Assembly: GCA_028710985.1 (NCBI GenBank)
Contig: JAQTTB010000001.1
Span: 167,397-231,396, forward strand
Length of the DNA: 64,000 nucleotides
Direction of reading: 5' to 3'
Origin: Patescibacteria group bacterium
GTDB taxonomy: Bacteria > Patescibacteriota > Patescibacteriia > JAHJFT01
The stretch's first letter is position 1; every line of letters begins with the position of its first letter. The position numbers and the translations under genes are program-made. The notes under the pieces are model-generated. The model was not told the DNA's origin. It saw nothing but the letters and a program-made list of their open reading frames with translations, and did not search any database. Shown here piece by piece: positions 37,230 through 46,083 of the stretch.

Positions 37230-37796
37230 ATGTTGAACATCAAAAGACTTCCAAATCAAAAAGAATTTGAAAAAACCATGTTCGCCCTGCGCCGGCATTT
37301 TATCGTACCCATAAAAATTATCATTCTATATGCGTTTCTTGCCGCCGTGCCTGTATTTTTTTATTTTTTTGCCCAAGAAAACCAGTCCGAAATCCTGACC
37401 GGCCGCATCAGCGGCCCAGTGAGTGTCCTCGCTCTCTCGATTTACGCTCTCGCAATCTGGCTCTTTTTTTTCAATAGCCTAATTGATTATTATCTTGATT
37501 TTTGGATCGTCACCAACGAGCGCATCATTAATATCGAACAGCGCGGACTTTTTTCACGGTCAGTTGCCGAACTAAAACTTTATCGCGTCCAGGATGTCAA
37601 AGCCGAAGTGCGCGGAGTCATGCACACCGTATTTGATTACGGGGATATTACAGTTCAAACCGCGGGCGAAGAAGCGCATTTCGTGTTCAAACAAGTGCCT
37701 AAGCCATACAAAGTCGCACGACAAATCCTTGAACTCGTAGAACAAGACCGCGAAAAGCATCTTGAGGAAATGCGCAATGAAATTACCGCCATATGA
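37230..37796 (+). CDS. Bacterial PH domain (bPH_2 / YdbS-like) membrane protein
   Basis: Two N-terminal TM helices, then IVTNERIINIEQRGLFSRSVAELKLYRVQDVKAEVRGV..DYGDITVQTAG, typical of DUF304/bPH_2. Confidence 0.65.
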   Translation: MLNIKRLPNQKEFEKTMFALRRHFIVPIKIIILYAFLAAVPVFFYFFAQENQSEILTGRISGPVSVLALSIYALAIWLFFFNSLIDYYLDFWIVTNERIINIEQRGLFSRSVAELKLYRVQDVKAEVRGVMHTVFDYGDITVQTAGEEAHFVFKQVPKPYKVARQILELVEQDREKHLEEMRNEITAI

Positions 37797-38014
37797 AAAT
37801 TCTTCATATTCTCTATTCCGCGCTCCGCGATAAAGAAATTGCCTGGTACTATAAAACGATTTTTATTTTAGTTGTGCTTATTTACATCATCTCTCCGATT
37901 GATGCGATTCCCGATGTCGTACCCGTCCTCGGCTTCTTGGACGACCTCGCCATAATCCCGCTTGCCGCGTATATCGCCCTACTCCTCATCCCCGACCGGA
38001 TAAAAAAACCGTAA
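37793..38014 (+). CDS. DUF1232 (YkvA-like) small membrane protein
   Basis: SPIDAIPDVVPVLGFLDDLAIIPLA matches the DUF1232 IPDFIPVIGYLDD signature. Confidence 0.65.
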   Translation: MKILHILYSALRDKEIAWYYKTIFILVVLIYIISPIDAIPDVVPVLGFLDDLAIIPLAAYIALLLIPDRIKKP

Positions 38015-38038
38015 GGACAGGTCGCGACCCGTCCCGAC
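38011..38038. repeat. REP-like palindrome GTAAGGACAGGTCGCGACCCGTCCCGAC (degenerate copy of the 6001 element), followed by a terminator hairpin
   Basis: Three mismatches to GTAGGGACAGGTCGCGACCTGTCCCTAC. It overlaps the stop codon of the DUF1232 gene. The terminator gccccgtcagtacgggc plus T-run follows at ~38043..38070. Confidence 0.75.
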
Positions 38039-38077
38039 AAATGCCCCGTCAGTACGGGCATTTTTTATTTATGTAAA

Positions 38078-38926
38078 ATGATATATAATAATGTTATGAA
38101 AAATTTGAGCGTGAGACAACTTGAGCGCACCGCCAACCTTATCCGCCAGGATATTATTAAAATGCTCTACGAGGCGGGCTCCGGCCATCCGGCTGGCGCG
38201 CTCGGTATGGCCGACATCTTTACCGCGCTTTATTTCAATATCGCAAAAATCGACCCCCGGCGGCCGAACTGGCCGGACCGCGACCGCATTATCCTCTCAA
38301 ACGGCCACATCTGCCCCGTGCTTTACGCGACAATGGCGCGGCGCGGATTTTTTTCTGCCAAAGAACTTCTGACCCTGCGTAAATTCGGAAGCCGCCTCCA
38401 GGGCCATCCGCACCGCGCTTCGCTCCCCGGGCTTGAAAACACGAGCGGCCCTCTGGGCCAGGGGCTTTCCCAGGCCTGCGGCGCCGCGCTTGCCGGCCGT
38501 TTAAATCAAAAAAAATATCAAGTCTATTGCCTCATGTCTGACGGCGAGCATGACGAAGGCCAGACCTGGGAAGCGGTGATGTTCGCTGGCAAATATCACC
38601 TTTCCAATATTACTGCGATCCTTGACCGCAATAATATCCAAATTGACGGATACACCGAAGATATCATGCCCCTTGAGCCGCTCCGTGAAAAATATGAAGC
38701 CTTCAACTGGCACGTGATTGAAATCGACGGCCACCGCATGGAGGAAATCATCGCCGCCGCAAACAAGGCCAAAACCATTGCTGAAAAACCGGTCATGATT
38801 ATCGCCCACACCGTGCCGGGCAAGGGCGTCTCATTCATGGAATACGACTACCGCTGGCACGGCAAAGCGCCGGACAAAGATAAAACGCGCCAGGCTTTAA
38901 AAGAATTAACAAAAATTAAAAATTAA
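38078..38926 (+). CDS. tkt: Transketolase, N-terminal (TPP-binding) subunit
   Basis: GHPAGALGMADIFTALYF..., ...SNGH and LMSDGEHDEGQTWEA are TPP-binding motifs. 282 aa, split-form. Confidence 0.88.
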   Translation: MIYNNVMKNLSVRQLERTANLIRQDIIKMLYEAGSGHPAGALGMADIFTALYFNIAKIDPRRPNWPDRDRIILSNGHICPVLYATMARRGFFSAKELLTLRKFGSRLQGHPHRASLPGLENTSGPLGQGLSQACGAALAGRLNQKKYQVYCLMSDGEHDEGQTWEAVMFAGKYHLSNITAILDRNNIQIDGYTEDIMPLEPLREKYEAFNWHVIEIDGHRMEEIIAAANKAKTIAEKPVMIIAHTVPGKGVSFMEYDYRWHGKAPDKDKTRQALKELTKIKN

Positions 38927-38936
38927 TTTAATTAAT

Positions 38937-39902
38937 ATGAAAAAACCGTTCAAAATCACGCTCATCGTTGCGCTGATTATCGTCGCACTGCTCATACTTA
39001 CGGCGTATCTTCTGACTCTGAATCCGTCCCAATTTAATATGCAGGGCAAAATGGGGCATGTTGTTTCGTCCGACGCCGGCGAGGGTGTCGCGTTTTTCGG
39101 AACCAATGAAGAAGGCACCGTAAGCCGTGAAATGGCAGTTACCGATTCTCTTAAAATGCCGGCCGCGGCTCCGATCGCGACCGAGTCCGCCGCTCCGGCC
39201 GATCTTATCGCGACGGAAAATCGTGTTATCAAAACCGGTGATATTCAGGCCAAAGTTGAAAGCGCCGCCGATTCGACCGCTCGCATCACTCAGATTGCCG
39301 CCGCCCACAAGGGCTTTGTCCAAAGCTCGTATATTTATGAAAGTCCAAAAGGCGCGAAAAGCGGCAACGTCGTAATCCGCGTCCCGGCCGCTGAATTTGA
39401 AGTTGCTTTCCAGGAGATTAAAGACGGCGTCAAAATGGTAATTTCGGAAAATGTTTCCGGCCAGGATGTCACGCAGGAATATGTGGATCTCAAGGCCCGC
39501 CTCACGAGCAAGCAGGCGGAAGAGGCTCAATATCTGGAAATACTGGATAAAGCATATACGGTTGAGGACATACTTCTCGTTACCGAACGCCTCGGCTGGG
39601 TGCGCCAGGAGATTGAACAGCTCCAGGGACAAATGAAATATCTTGAAAATCTGACCGATCTTTCAACCATTTCCGTTTTTGTCACCGAGGCGGAAAAAAT
39701 TGAACTGCCGGTTGAAAAATGGCAGCCGCTCGAAACAATCCGCCTCGCTTTCCGCGCCATGATTGCCTCTCTTCAGCGCATTGCCGATGCCGCGATCTGG
39801 CTCTTATTCTTTCTCGTCCTCATTGTCCTCCCGATCGCGATTGTCGTTAAATTAATCGTTATGGTCGTAAAAAAATTGCGCCGAAAAAAATCTAAAAAAT
39901 AA
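38937..39902 (+). CDS. DUF4349-like membrane protein inserted between the transketolase subunit genes
   Basis: N-terminal and C-terminal TM helices with a coiled-coil core (TQEYVDLKARLTSKQAEEAQYLEILDKA...EIEQLQGQMKYLENL), typical of DUF4349. Its stop overlaps the ATG of the next gene (TAATG). Confidence 0.55.
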   Translation: MKKPFKITLIVALIIVALLILTAYLLTLNPSQFNMQGKMGHVVSSDAGEGVAFFGTNEEGTVSREMAVTDSLKMPAAAPIATESAAPADLIATENRVIKTGDIQAKVESAADSTARITQIAAAHKGFVQSSYIYESPKGAKSGNVVIRVPAAEFEVAFQEIKDGVKMVISENVSGQDVTQEYVDLKARLTSKQAEEAQYLEILDKAYTVEDILLVTERLGWVRQEIEQLQGQMKYLENLTDLSTISVFVTEAEKIELPVEKWQPLETIRLAFRAMIASLQRIADAAIWLLFFLVLIVLPIAIVVKLIVMVVKKLRRKKSKK

Positions 39903-40876
39903 TGGATCCCAAACTTAATCCAAAACTCTACGCAAAAAATATTGAACTCGCGCCGGTGCGAAACGGCTACGGCGAGGGTGTGATTGACGCCGCAAAACGC
40001 AACCGCAATGTCGTTGTTCTCTGCAGCGACGTGGCCGAATCCACGCGCGTGCTTGATTTCAAGGAGAAATTCCCCGAGAGATTTATTGAATGCGGCGTGG
40101 CCGAACAGAACATGATGGGCGTAGCCGCCGGACTGGCGCGCGAAGGAAAAATTCCCTTCGTCACCGGCTATGCGGTATTTTCGCCCGGCCGGAACTGGGA
40201 CCAGCTCCGCGTCAATGTTTGCTATAACGACGTGCCCGTCAAAATATCCGGCGGGCACGCCGGCATTTCGGTCGGTCCGGACGGCGCGACTCATCAGGCA
40301 CTTGAAGACATCGCCCTGACCCGCGTTCTCCCGAATCTTACGGTTATCGTGCCCTGCGATGCGCTTGAAGCGCGCAAAGCCACCTTAGCGGCGGCAAAAA
40401 CCGCAGGTCCGGTCTACATCCGCCTCGCGCGCCACGCCTCGGCTGTGATCACCACCAAACGCACTCCGTTTAAAATCGGACGGGCGGAAATTTTCCATGC
40501 CGGAACCGACGCCACGATCTGCGCTTCGGGTCCGCTTCTCTACGAAGCCCTGCTCGCGGCAAAAGAGCTCGCGCGCGAAAAAATCTCCGTGGAGATAATT
40601 GACAATCACACCATCAAACCGCTTGATAATAAAACGATTTTGAAATCCGTGAAAAAAACCGGCTGCCTTGTTACCGTGGAAGAGCACCAGATTGCCGCCG
40701 GCGCCGGCAGCGCGGTTCTTGAAATGCTTGCCGAAAATTATCCGGTTCCGGCAATACGCGTCGGCATGCCCGATGCCTTCGGCGAATCCGGCGAAGCGGC
40801 CGAACTTCTGAAAAAATACCACATGAGCCTTGAAGCGATTATTCAAGCCGTGAGAAAAGTCATAAAAAGAAAATAG
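39902..40876 (+). CDS. tkt: Transketolase, C-terminal (pyrimidine-binding) subunit
   Basis: GYGEGVIDAAKRN...FIECGVAEQNMMGVAAGLA...GGHAGIS.GPDGATHQ are transketolase Pyr/C-domain motifs. Confidence 0.88.
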   Translation: MDPKLNPKLYAKNIELAPVRNGYGEGVIDAAKRNRNVVVLCSDVAESTRVLDFKEKFPERFIECGVAEQNMMGVAAGLAREGKIPFVTGYAVFSPGRNWDQLRVNVCYNDVPVKISGGHAGISVGPDGATHQALEDIALTRVLPNLTVIVPCDALEARKATLAAAKTAGPVYIRLARHASAVITTKRTPFKIGRAEIFHAGTDATICASGPLLYEALLAAKELAREKISVEIIDNHTIKPLDNKTILKSVKKTGCLVTVEEHQIAAGAGSAVLEMLAENYPVPAIRVGMPDAFGESGEAAELLKKYHMSLEAIIQAVRKVIKRK

Positions 40877-40878
40877 CT

Positions 40879-41796
40879 ATGCTCGTCACCACTAAAAAAA
40901 TCCTTGGCCCAGCCCGGCGCGGCCGCTACGCGGTCGGCGCGTTCAATGTCAATAACATGGAAATCCTGCAGGCCGTTATTGCCGCCGGAATCCGGATGAA
41001 ATCACCGCTCATCATCCAGACCTCCGAAGGCGCGATTTCTTACGCCGGCATGGATTATCTCATCGCCATGACCCGCCTCGCCGCTTCTTCGCCCATTCCG
41101 GTCGCTCTGCATCTTGACCACGGCAAAAATTTAAAAATTATTAAAAAAGCAATTGATTCGGGTTACACATCGGTCATGTTTGACGGCTCGCATCTTCCGC
41201 TCGCGAAAAATATCAAATTCACGCGCCAGGTTGTCTCCTGGGCGCGCCGGCGCGGGGTTTCGGTTGAAGCCGAACTCGGCGCCATTGCCGGCATTGAAGA
41301 TTTTGTTTCCGTCTCGGCGCGCGACGCGCATCTCACAGGTCCGGAAGAAGCGCGCGATTTTGTCCGCCGGACCGGCTGCGACTCGCTCGCCGTGGCCATC
41401 GGCACGGCCCACGGCGCCTACAAGTTCAAAGGCGCCGCCAAACTGGATCTCGCCCGCCTTGCCGAAATCCGGAAAAAAGTCAGCGTTCCCCTGGTGCTTC
41501 ACGGCGCAAGCGGCGTGCCGCAGACTCTCGTGAGACAGGCGGAAAAATTCGGCGCCCGGCTGAACAATCCGCGCGGCGTTTCCGACACTCTGATTAAAAA
41601 AGCCGTCCGCCTCGGCATCTGCAAAATCAACACCGATACCGACCTGCGCCTTGCCTTTACCGCCGGTGTTCGCAGCGCCCTGGCCGAAAACCCCAAGGAA
41701 ATTGATCCGCGAAAAATCCTCGGCCCGGCGCGCGAGATTATTCAGCGGGTGGTGAAGCAGCGAATAAATATTTTTGGATCAAAAAACAAAGCCTGA
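40879..41796 (+). CDS. fba: Class II fructose/tagatose-bisphosphate aldolase
   Basis: YAVGAFNVNNMEI...LHLDHG...GTAHGAYK...LVLHGASG are class II FBA motifs. Confidence 0.9.
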   Translation: MLVTTKKILGPARRGRYAVGAFNVNNMEILQAVIAAGIRMKSPLIIQTSEGAISYAGMDYLIAMTRLAASSPIPVALHLDHGKNLKIIKKAIDSGYTSVMFDGSHLPLAKNIKFTRQVVSWARRRGVSVEAELGAIAGIEDFVSVSARDAHLTGPEEARDFVRRTGCDSLAVAIGTAHGAYKFKGAAKLDLARLAEIRKKVSVPLVLHGASGVPQTLVRQAEKFGARLNNPRGVSDTLIKKAVRLGICKINTDTDLRLAFTAGVRSALAENPKEIDPRKILGPAREIIQRVVKQRINIFGSKNKA

Positions 41797-41798
41797 AT

Positions 41799-41887
41799 AG
41801 GAATCAGGAAGCATGAAGCATGAATCAGGAATTTTGAACCAATATCCCATTTTTTTCCTGATTCCTAATTCCTGATTCCTAATTCCT
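41799..41887. repeat. Intergenic inverted (ATTCCTR)n heptad-repeat hairpin: AGGAATCAGGAA ... GAATCAGGAATT ... TTCCTGATTCCTAATTCCTGATTCCTAATTCCT
   Basis: Same heptamer family as in leuS, here in both orientations between fba and the PfkB kinase gene. Confidence 0.85.
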
Positions 41888-41893
41888 CGAAAT

Positions 41894-42871
41894 ATGTTTG
41901 ACATTATTACTATCGGTTCGGCCACGCGCGACGTTTTTCTTGAGAGCGGCCAGATCAAAATAAAAAAATCCAAAACCTCCCCGACCGGGCTGGACGAGTG
42001 CATCCCGCTTGGCGCCAAGATTGAACTCAAGGATATTACTTTTGACACCGGCGGCGGCGCCACCAACGCGGCCGCGACCTTCGGAAATCTTGGCCTCAAA
42101 GCCGCGGCAATCTGCCGCATCGGCAAAGATTACGGCGGGCTTGAGATTCTTCAGGCTTTGAAAAACCGCGGCATCTCAAGCAAATTCATCCAGTATGATA
42201 AAAAACTCCGCACCGCCTATTCCCTGATTCTTCTCGCCGGTTCGGGCGAACGGAGCATTTTGGTCTACCGCGGCGCGAGTGAAAAAATATCGGCGAGTGA
42301 AGTTCCCTGGAAAGAAATAAAAACCAAATGGCTCTATGTGACTTCGCTTGCCGGCAACCTCGCTCTTACGAAAAAAATCTGGCAGTTTGCCAAAGCGAAT
42401 AAAATTAAAATCGCCTGGAACCCGGGCGGAAAAGAACTCGACCTCGGCTTTTCCCGGCTCGCTCCCCTGATCCGCCAGACCGATTTTTTCACCGTGAATA
42501 TTGAAGAAGGCGCCAAACTTGCCGGCACGAAAGATGGCGACGTTAAATCGATTGCCGCAAAACTGAAAAAAATCAGCCGTTGCCTTGCGATTACCGCCGG
42601 ACGCGAAGGCGCGTATGTTTACTCGCGGGGCGCGTCTCTTTATGCCCCGTCGCTCGCCGTGAAGCGCGTCAACACCACCGGCGCCGGCGACGCCTTTGGC
42701 TCCGGCTTCATCTCATCGCTTATTCTCCGCCGCGATCTGCGGCACGCCCTGCGCCTTGCCATCCTGAATTCCAATATGGTCATCACCAAGATGGGCGCGA
42801 AAAACGGACTTTTGGAAAAACTCCCCTCAAAAAAAGAATTGGACCGCGTCAAAGTCCGCAATATTAAATAA
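41894..42871 (+). CDS. PfkB-family carbohydrate kinase (ribokinase-like)
   Basis: Has DTGGGATNAAA and NTTGAGDAFGSGFIS, the GAGD motif of the ribokinase family. Confidence 0.85.
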   Translation: MFDIITIGSATRDVFLESGQIKIKKSKTSPTGLDECIPLGAKIELKDITFDTGGGATNAAATFGNLGLKAAAICRIGKDYGGLEILQALKNRGISSKFIQYDKKLRTAYSLILLAGSGERSILVYRGASEKISASEVPWKEIKTKWLYVTSLAGNLALTKKIWQFAKANKIKIAWNPGGKELDLGFSRLAPLIRQTDFFTVNIEEGAKLAGTKDGDVKSIAAKLKKISRCLAITAGREGAYVYSRGASLYAPSLAVKRVNTTGAGDAFGSGFISSLILRRDLRHALRLAILNSNMVITKMGAKNGLLEKLPSKKELDRVKVRNIK

Positions 42872-42874
42872 TAT

Positions 42875-43864
42875 ATGAAAAAAAATATATTTATCACGCG
42901 CGAAATACCGGAAATCGCGATTAAGATGCTGAAAGCGAATAAAAATTTTGACGTAAAAATTAACCGGTCGGACAAAACCCTGTCGCGCACCGCCCTGCTC
43001 CGCGCGGTTAAAGGCTGCTCCGGCATTCTCTCGCTCCTGACCGACAAGATCGACGCCAAGCTCATGGATGCCGCCGGCCCAAATTTAAAAATCATCGCCA
43101 ACTACGCGGTTGGCTACGACAACATTGACTGCGCGGCCGCCGCTTCTCGCGGCATCAAAGTCGGCTTTACTCCGTGCGACGAAGTTTCCGAAGCCGTTGC
43201 GGAATTTACATTCGCCCTCCTTACCGCTCTCTCGCGCCGCATTGTTGAAGCCGATAAATACACGCGCACCGGGCACTATGACGAGTGGAAGCCCCTCGTT
43301 ATGCTCGGCCGCGATATCCACGGAAAAACTCTGGGCATCATCGGCCTGGGCCGCATCGGCCGCGCCGTCTGCCAACGCGCGGTCAAGGGATTCGGCATGA
43401 AGGTGGTTTATTGCGACCGTATGGCTGATAAAAAATTTGAAAAAGAGTTTAACGCCAAAAAAGTCTCCATGGAGATGCTCCTCAAAAAATCCGACTATGT
43501 GAGCCTCCATGTTCCCCTGCTCCCCTCCACCCGCCATATGATTTCCATGCGCGAATTAAAACTCATGAAGAAAACCGCTTATCTTATCAATACCGCCCGC
43601 GGCCCGATGGTACACGAGAAGGCCCTGCTCAAAGCACTCTACGCCCATGAAATCGCCGGCGCCGCACTTGATGTTTTTGAATGCGAACCCGCGATTGACT
43701 GCGATCTTACCGACCGCTACGAACTGCGCAAACTTCCGAATGTCATCATCACGCCCCATGCCGCCTCGGCCACCATCGAAGCGCGCAACGCCATGGCCCG
43801 GCTAGCGGCACAAAACATCATCGGCGTTCTCACCGGAAAAAAAGCGCCAACACTAGTAAAGTAA
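42875..43864 (+). CDS. D-isomer-specific 2-hydroxyacid dehydrogenase (glycerate/hydroxypyruvate reductase-like)
   Basis: LGIIGLGRIGRAV is an NAD Rossmann motif. The catalytic region ...HVPL...TARG... follows. Confidence 0.85.
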   Translation: MKKNIFITREIPEIAIKMLKANKNFDVKINRSDKTLSRTALLRAVKGCSGILSLLTDKIDAKLMDAAGPNLKIIANYAVGYDNIDCAAAASRGIKVGFTPCDEVSEAVAEFTFALLTALSRRIVEADKYTRTGHYDEWKPLVMLGRDIHGKTLGIIGLGRIGRAVCQRAVKGFGMKVVYCDRMADKKFEKEFNAKKVSMEMLLKKSDYVSLHVPLLPSTRHMISMRELKLMKKTAYLINTARGPMVHEKALLKALYAHEIAGAALDVFECEPAIDCDLTDRYELRKLPNVIITPHAASATIEARNAMARLAAQNIIGVLTGKKAPTLVK

Positions 43865-43873
43865 TACAAACTC

Positions 43874-43913
43874 AAAAAATCGCCCCGGTAAAAATTACTT
43901 GGGCGATTTTATT
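43874..43913 (+). terminator. Rho-independent terminator (aaatcgccc...gggcgattt)
   Basis: 9 bp stem with A/T flanks, just after the 2-hydroxyacid dehydrogenase gene. Confidence 0.65.
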
Positions 43914-44127
43914 GCTGATATAAAATCCCTCTCTGTCTCTCCCTTTTTCAAAGGGAGAGAACCGTCTTTGGCCGCTTAGAAATAACCCTGGGGTTCGGGG
44001 GCGCAACTGAGCGTCATATTAATCTGTAAAGAGTTGCCTATTTCATGAGAGCGAATTTGCGACCCCGAAACTTTTGCATACTTTTGGTTACAAAAGTATG
44101 TCCTGCTGAAAGCAAAAAAAATAAAAA

Positions 44128-44889
44128 TCACACTCTAAGACCATCAAACCCCAGCACCACCTGACCCGCAAATCCTGTCGTGTGCGCCTGCCGCGCAATT
44201 TCCCGGCGCGCCCGCTCGTATGGCGGATACCCGTGCCCGATCTGCGTCAAGATTAATTTCTTCGGCCGCAATATTTTACCAAGCGCGATCGCCTGTCCGG
44301 CGTTCAAATGCCCCTTCATCCCCTTTCCGAACCACAACGCCGCGTCAAGAAATAAGACATCCAAATTTTTAAAATACTTTAAATTGCTTTTTGGAATCTC
44401 GCCGACATCGGAAATATAGCCGAGCTTGTTATCGATTATATAACCGACCGTGGGAAATCCGGGCGTTAGCCCGTGCCGCACCCGATACGCAACGACTTTA
44501 AACGGACCGATTGATTTGCGACTTCCGATTTTAATTTCCCTGAGGAGCAATTTTTTTGTTTTTTTAATTTTTTTAAAATTTATCGACTCGGAATAGACTG
44601 GCACAGCGGCCTCTGACCACCCGCCAAGTTTATTTAAACCTCCGGCCGCGTCAGCATGGAGATGAGTCAGAATCACGGTGTCAATCTTTTTTATTTTTTC
44701 TCTTTTGAGCTGCAGCAAAAAATCCGGCCCGCAGTCAATCAAAAGATTGAATCCGCGCTTTTCAATTATCAGCGAACTTCTTGTCCGCCGTGATTTGCTC
44801 CCGGACCGCCGCGCGTCGCGGCAAGTCGGGCATTTGCATGCCCTTCTCGGAATCGCTGTACACGGTCCGGACCCTAAGATCGTAATTTT
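44128..44889 (-). CDS. MBL-fold metallo-hydrolase with N-terminal Cys4 zinc-ribbon (PhnP/YycJ-like)
   Basis: Start taken at MKITILGSG. The zinc ribbon is CTAIPRRACKCPTCRDA. LIDCGPDF...VILTHLHADAAGG gives the HxHxDH-like MBL motif. Confidence 0.7.
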   Translation of the reverse strand, partial: KITILGSGPCTAIPRRACKCPTCRDARRSGSKSRRTRSSLIIEKRGFNLLIDCGPDFLLQLKREKIKKIDTVILTHLHADAAGGLNKLGGWSEAAVPVYSESINFKKIKKTKKLLLREIKIGSRKSIGPFKVVAYRVRHGLTPGFPTVGYIIDNKLGYISDVGEIPKSNLKYFKNLDVLFLDAALWFGKGMKGHLNAGQAIALGKILRPKKLILTQIGHGYPPYERARREIARQAHTTGFAGQVVLGFDGLRV

Positions 44890-45014
44890 CATATCTTGAC
44901 TTATCAATAATCTAAGTATATATTACTAAATAGTTTTTGAAAATATCACGGGCCCGTGGTTCCCTCCTCCGCTCTCGTTTCACTCGAGCTACGGCGGGCA
45001 AGCAGCTGGTAGAA

Positions 45015-45034
45015 CCTGCCTGCCGGTAGGCAGG
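45015..45034. repeat. Hairpin repeat family B (CCTGCCTGCCGGTAGGCAGG) embedded in a tRNA-Ala-like 5' fragment
   Basis: Exact reverse complement of the copy at 399..418. The flanking sequence agctggtagaac / cacctcgtttg mimics the D-arm and anticodon-stem of the tRNA-Ala just downstream. Confidence 0.75.
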
Positions 45035-45058
45035 CACCTCGTTTGTCCCGAAACCTTT

Positions 45059-45131
45059 GGGCTCGTAGTTCAGTTGGTAGAACGCCTCGTTTGCAACGAG
45101 GAGGTCACCGGTTCGAATCCGGTCGAGTCCA
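45059..45131 (+). tRNA. tRNA-Ala (anticodon TGC)
   Basis: GGGCTCG-TA-GTTC-AGTTGGTA-GAAC-G-CCTCG-TTTGCAA-CGAGG-AGGTC-ACCGG-TTCGAAT-CCGGT-CGAGTCC-A, with the G3:U70 Ala identity pair. It is flanked by the inverted repeat cccgaaacctttgg / ccaaaggtttcggg. Confidence 0.85.
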
Positions 45132-45203
45132 AAGGTTTCGGGAGGGAAGTCACCCCGACGTAACGTCGGGGTCGGGTCCACCAGATTAAATTAAACAAAC
45201 GTT

Positions 45204-45791
45204 ATGGCAACATCAAAACGAGTCTTCATCATTCATGGCTGGGATGGCTATCCGGAAGAAGGGATCTTCCCCTGGCTTAAAAAAGAAATGCAGGATCGGG
45301 GTTTTGAGGTCTTTAATCCATCCATGCCAGACCCATTAAAACCGCAAATCGAAACCTGGGTTCAATATCTCAAAGAACAGATCGGCGTGCCGGATGAAAA
45401 CACGTTTCTTTTTGGACATTCAATCGGCGCTCAGACTATTTTGAGGTATATTGAAACACTGCCCAGGGATATAAAAATCGGCGGAGCAGTTTTCCTGGCA
45501 GGATGGGTCCATCTTACGGACGAAGCTTATGAAACCGACGAGGATCCAGTCATTGCCAAGCCTTGGCTGGAAACCCCCATAGACTGGGATGAGATTAAAT
45601 CTCATTCTAATAAATTCATCGGCATCTTTTCGGATGATGACCCGCTTGTACCGATTTCCGATGCGAAAATTTTTGAAAGTAAGCTGGGGGCAAAAATCAT
45701 CATCGAACACGAAAAAGAGCATTTTAGCGGAAGCACGGGAATAAAAGAGCTGCCCGCCACCCTGAATGCGCTCCTGGAAATCGCCGAATGA
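45204..45791 (+). CDS. Serine hydrolase of the alpha/beta fold (RBBP9/YdeN-like)
   Basis: VFIIHGWDGYPEEG...LFGHSIGAQT is a GxSxG nucleophile elbow, with YdeN-like spacing. 195 aa. Confidence 0.7.
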   Translation: MATSKRVFIIHGWDGYPEEGIFPWLKKEMQDRGFEVFNPSMPDPLKPQIETWVQYLKEQIGVPDENTFLFGHSIGAQTILRYIETLPRDIKIGGAVFLAGWVHLTDEAYETDEDPVIAKPWLETPIDWDEIKSHSNKFIGIFSDDDPLVPISDAKIFESKLGAKIIIEHEKEHFSGSTGIKELPATLNALLEIAE

Positions 45792-45840
45792 TATAAAAAA
45801 TTTAAACTTCTCTCCAAACCGAGGAGGGATAACGAAAAAT

Positions 45841-45906
45841 ATGAAAAAAACAAAAAAGAAAGCCGCCAAAAAGGCCTGCAAGGGCTGCAAATGCTCCTGC
45901 AAATAA
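45841..45906 (+). CDS. Putative 21 aa Lys/Cys-rich micro-protein MKKTKKKAAKKACKGCKCSCK
   Basis: GAGGAGGG SD lies 12 nt upstream of the ATG. A strong terminator (agcgtcccg...cgggacgct + T7) follows at 45911..45956. Below the ORF-track size cutoff. Speculative. Confidence 0.35.
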   Translation: MKKTKKKAAKKACKGCKCSCK

Positions 45907-46083
45907 TAAAAAAGCGTCCCGACTGAACGAATTGAACGCCGGGACGCTTTTTTTATTCAAAACTCTTGACAAATTGTCTTGATGTATTCCAAAAAGTATA
46001 TTATAATTTAATTAGTAATTGATTTTTAAAATTTTTTCCTTACGAAAGGACAAAAAAACCACAAAGAAAGGAGGTGAACGGTT

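Noticed and set aside
21290-41890. Possible CRISPR array suggested by short tandem repeats (attcctg/attccta)
   Set aside because: The units are 7 nt with no spacers, occur inside leuS coding sequence and in one intergenic hairpin, and no cas genes are present. This is a heptanucleotide microsatellite-like repeat, not a CRISPR.
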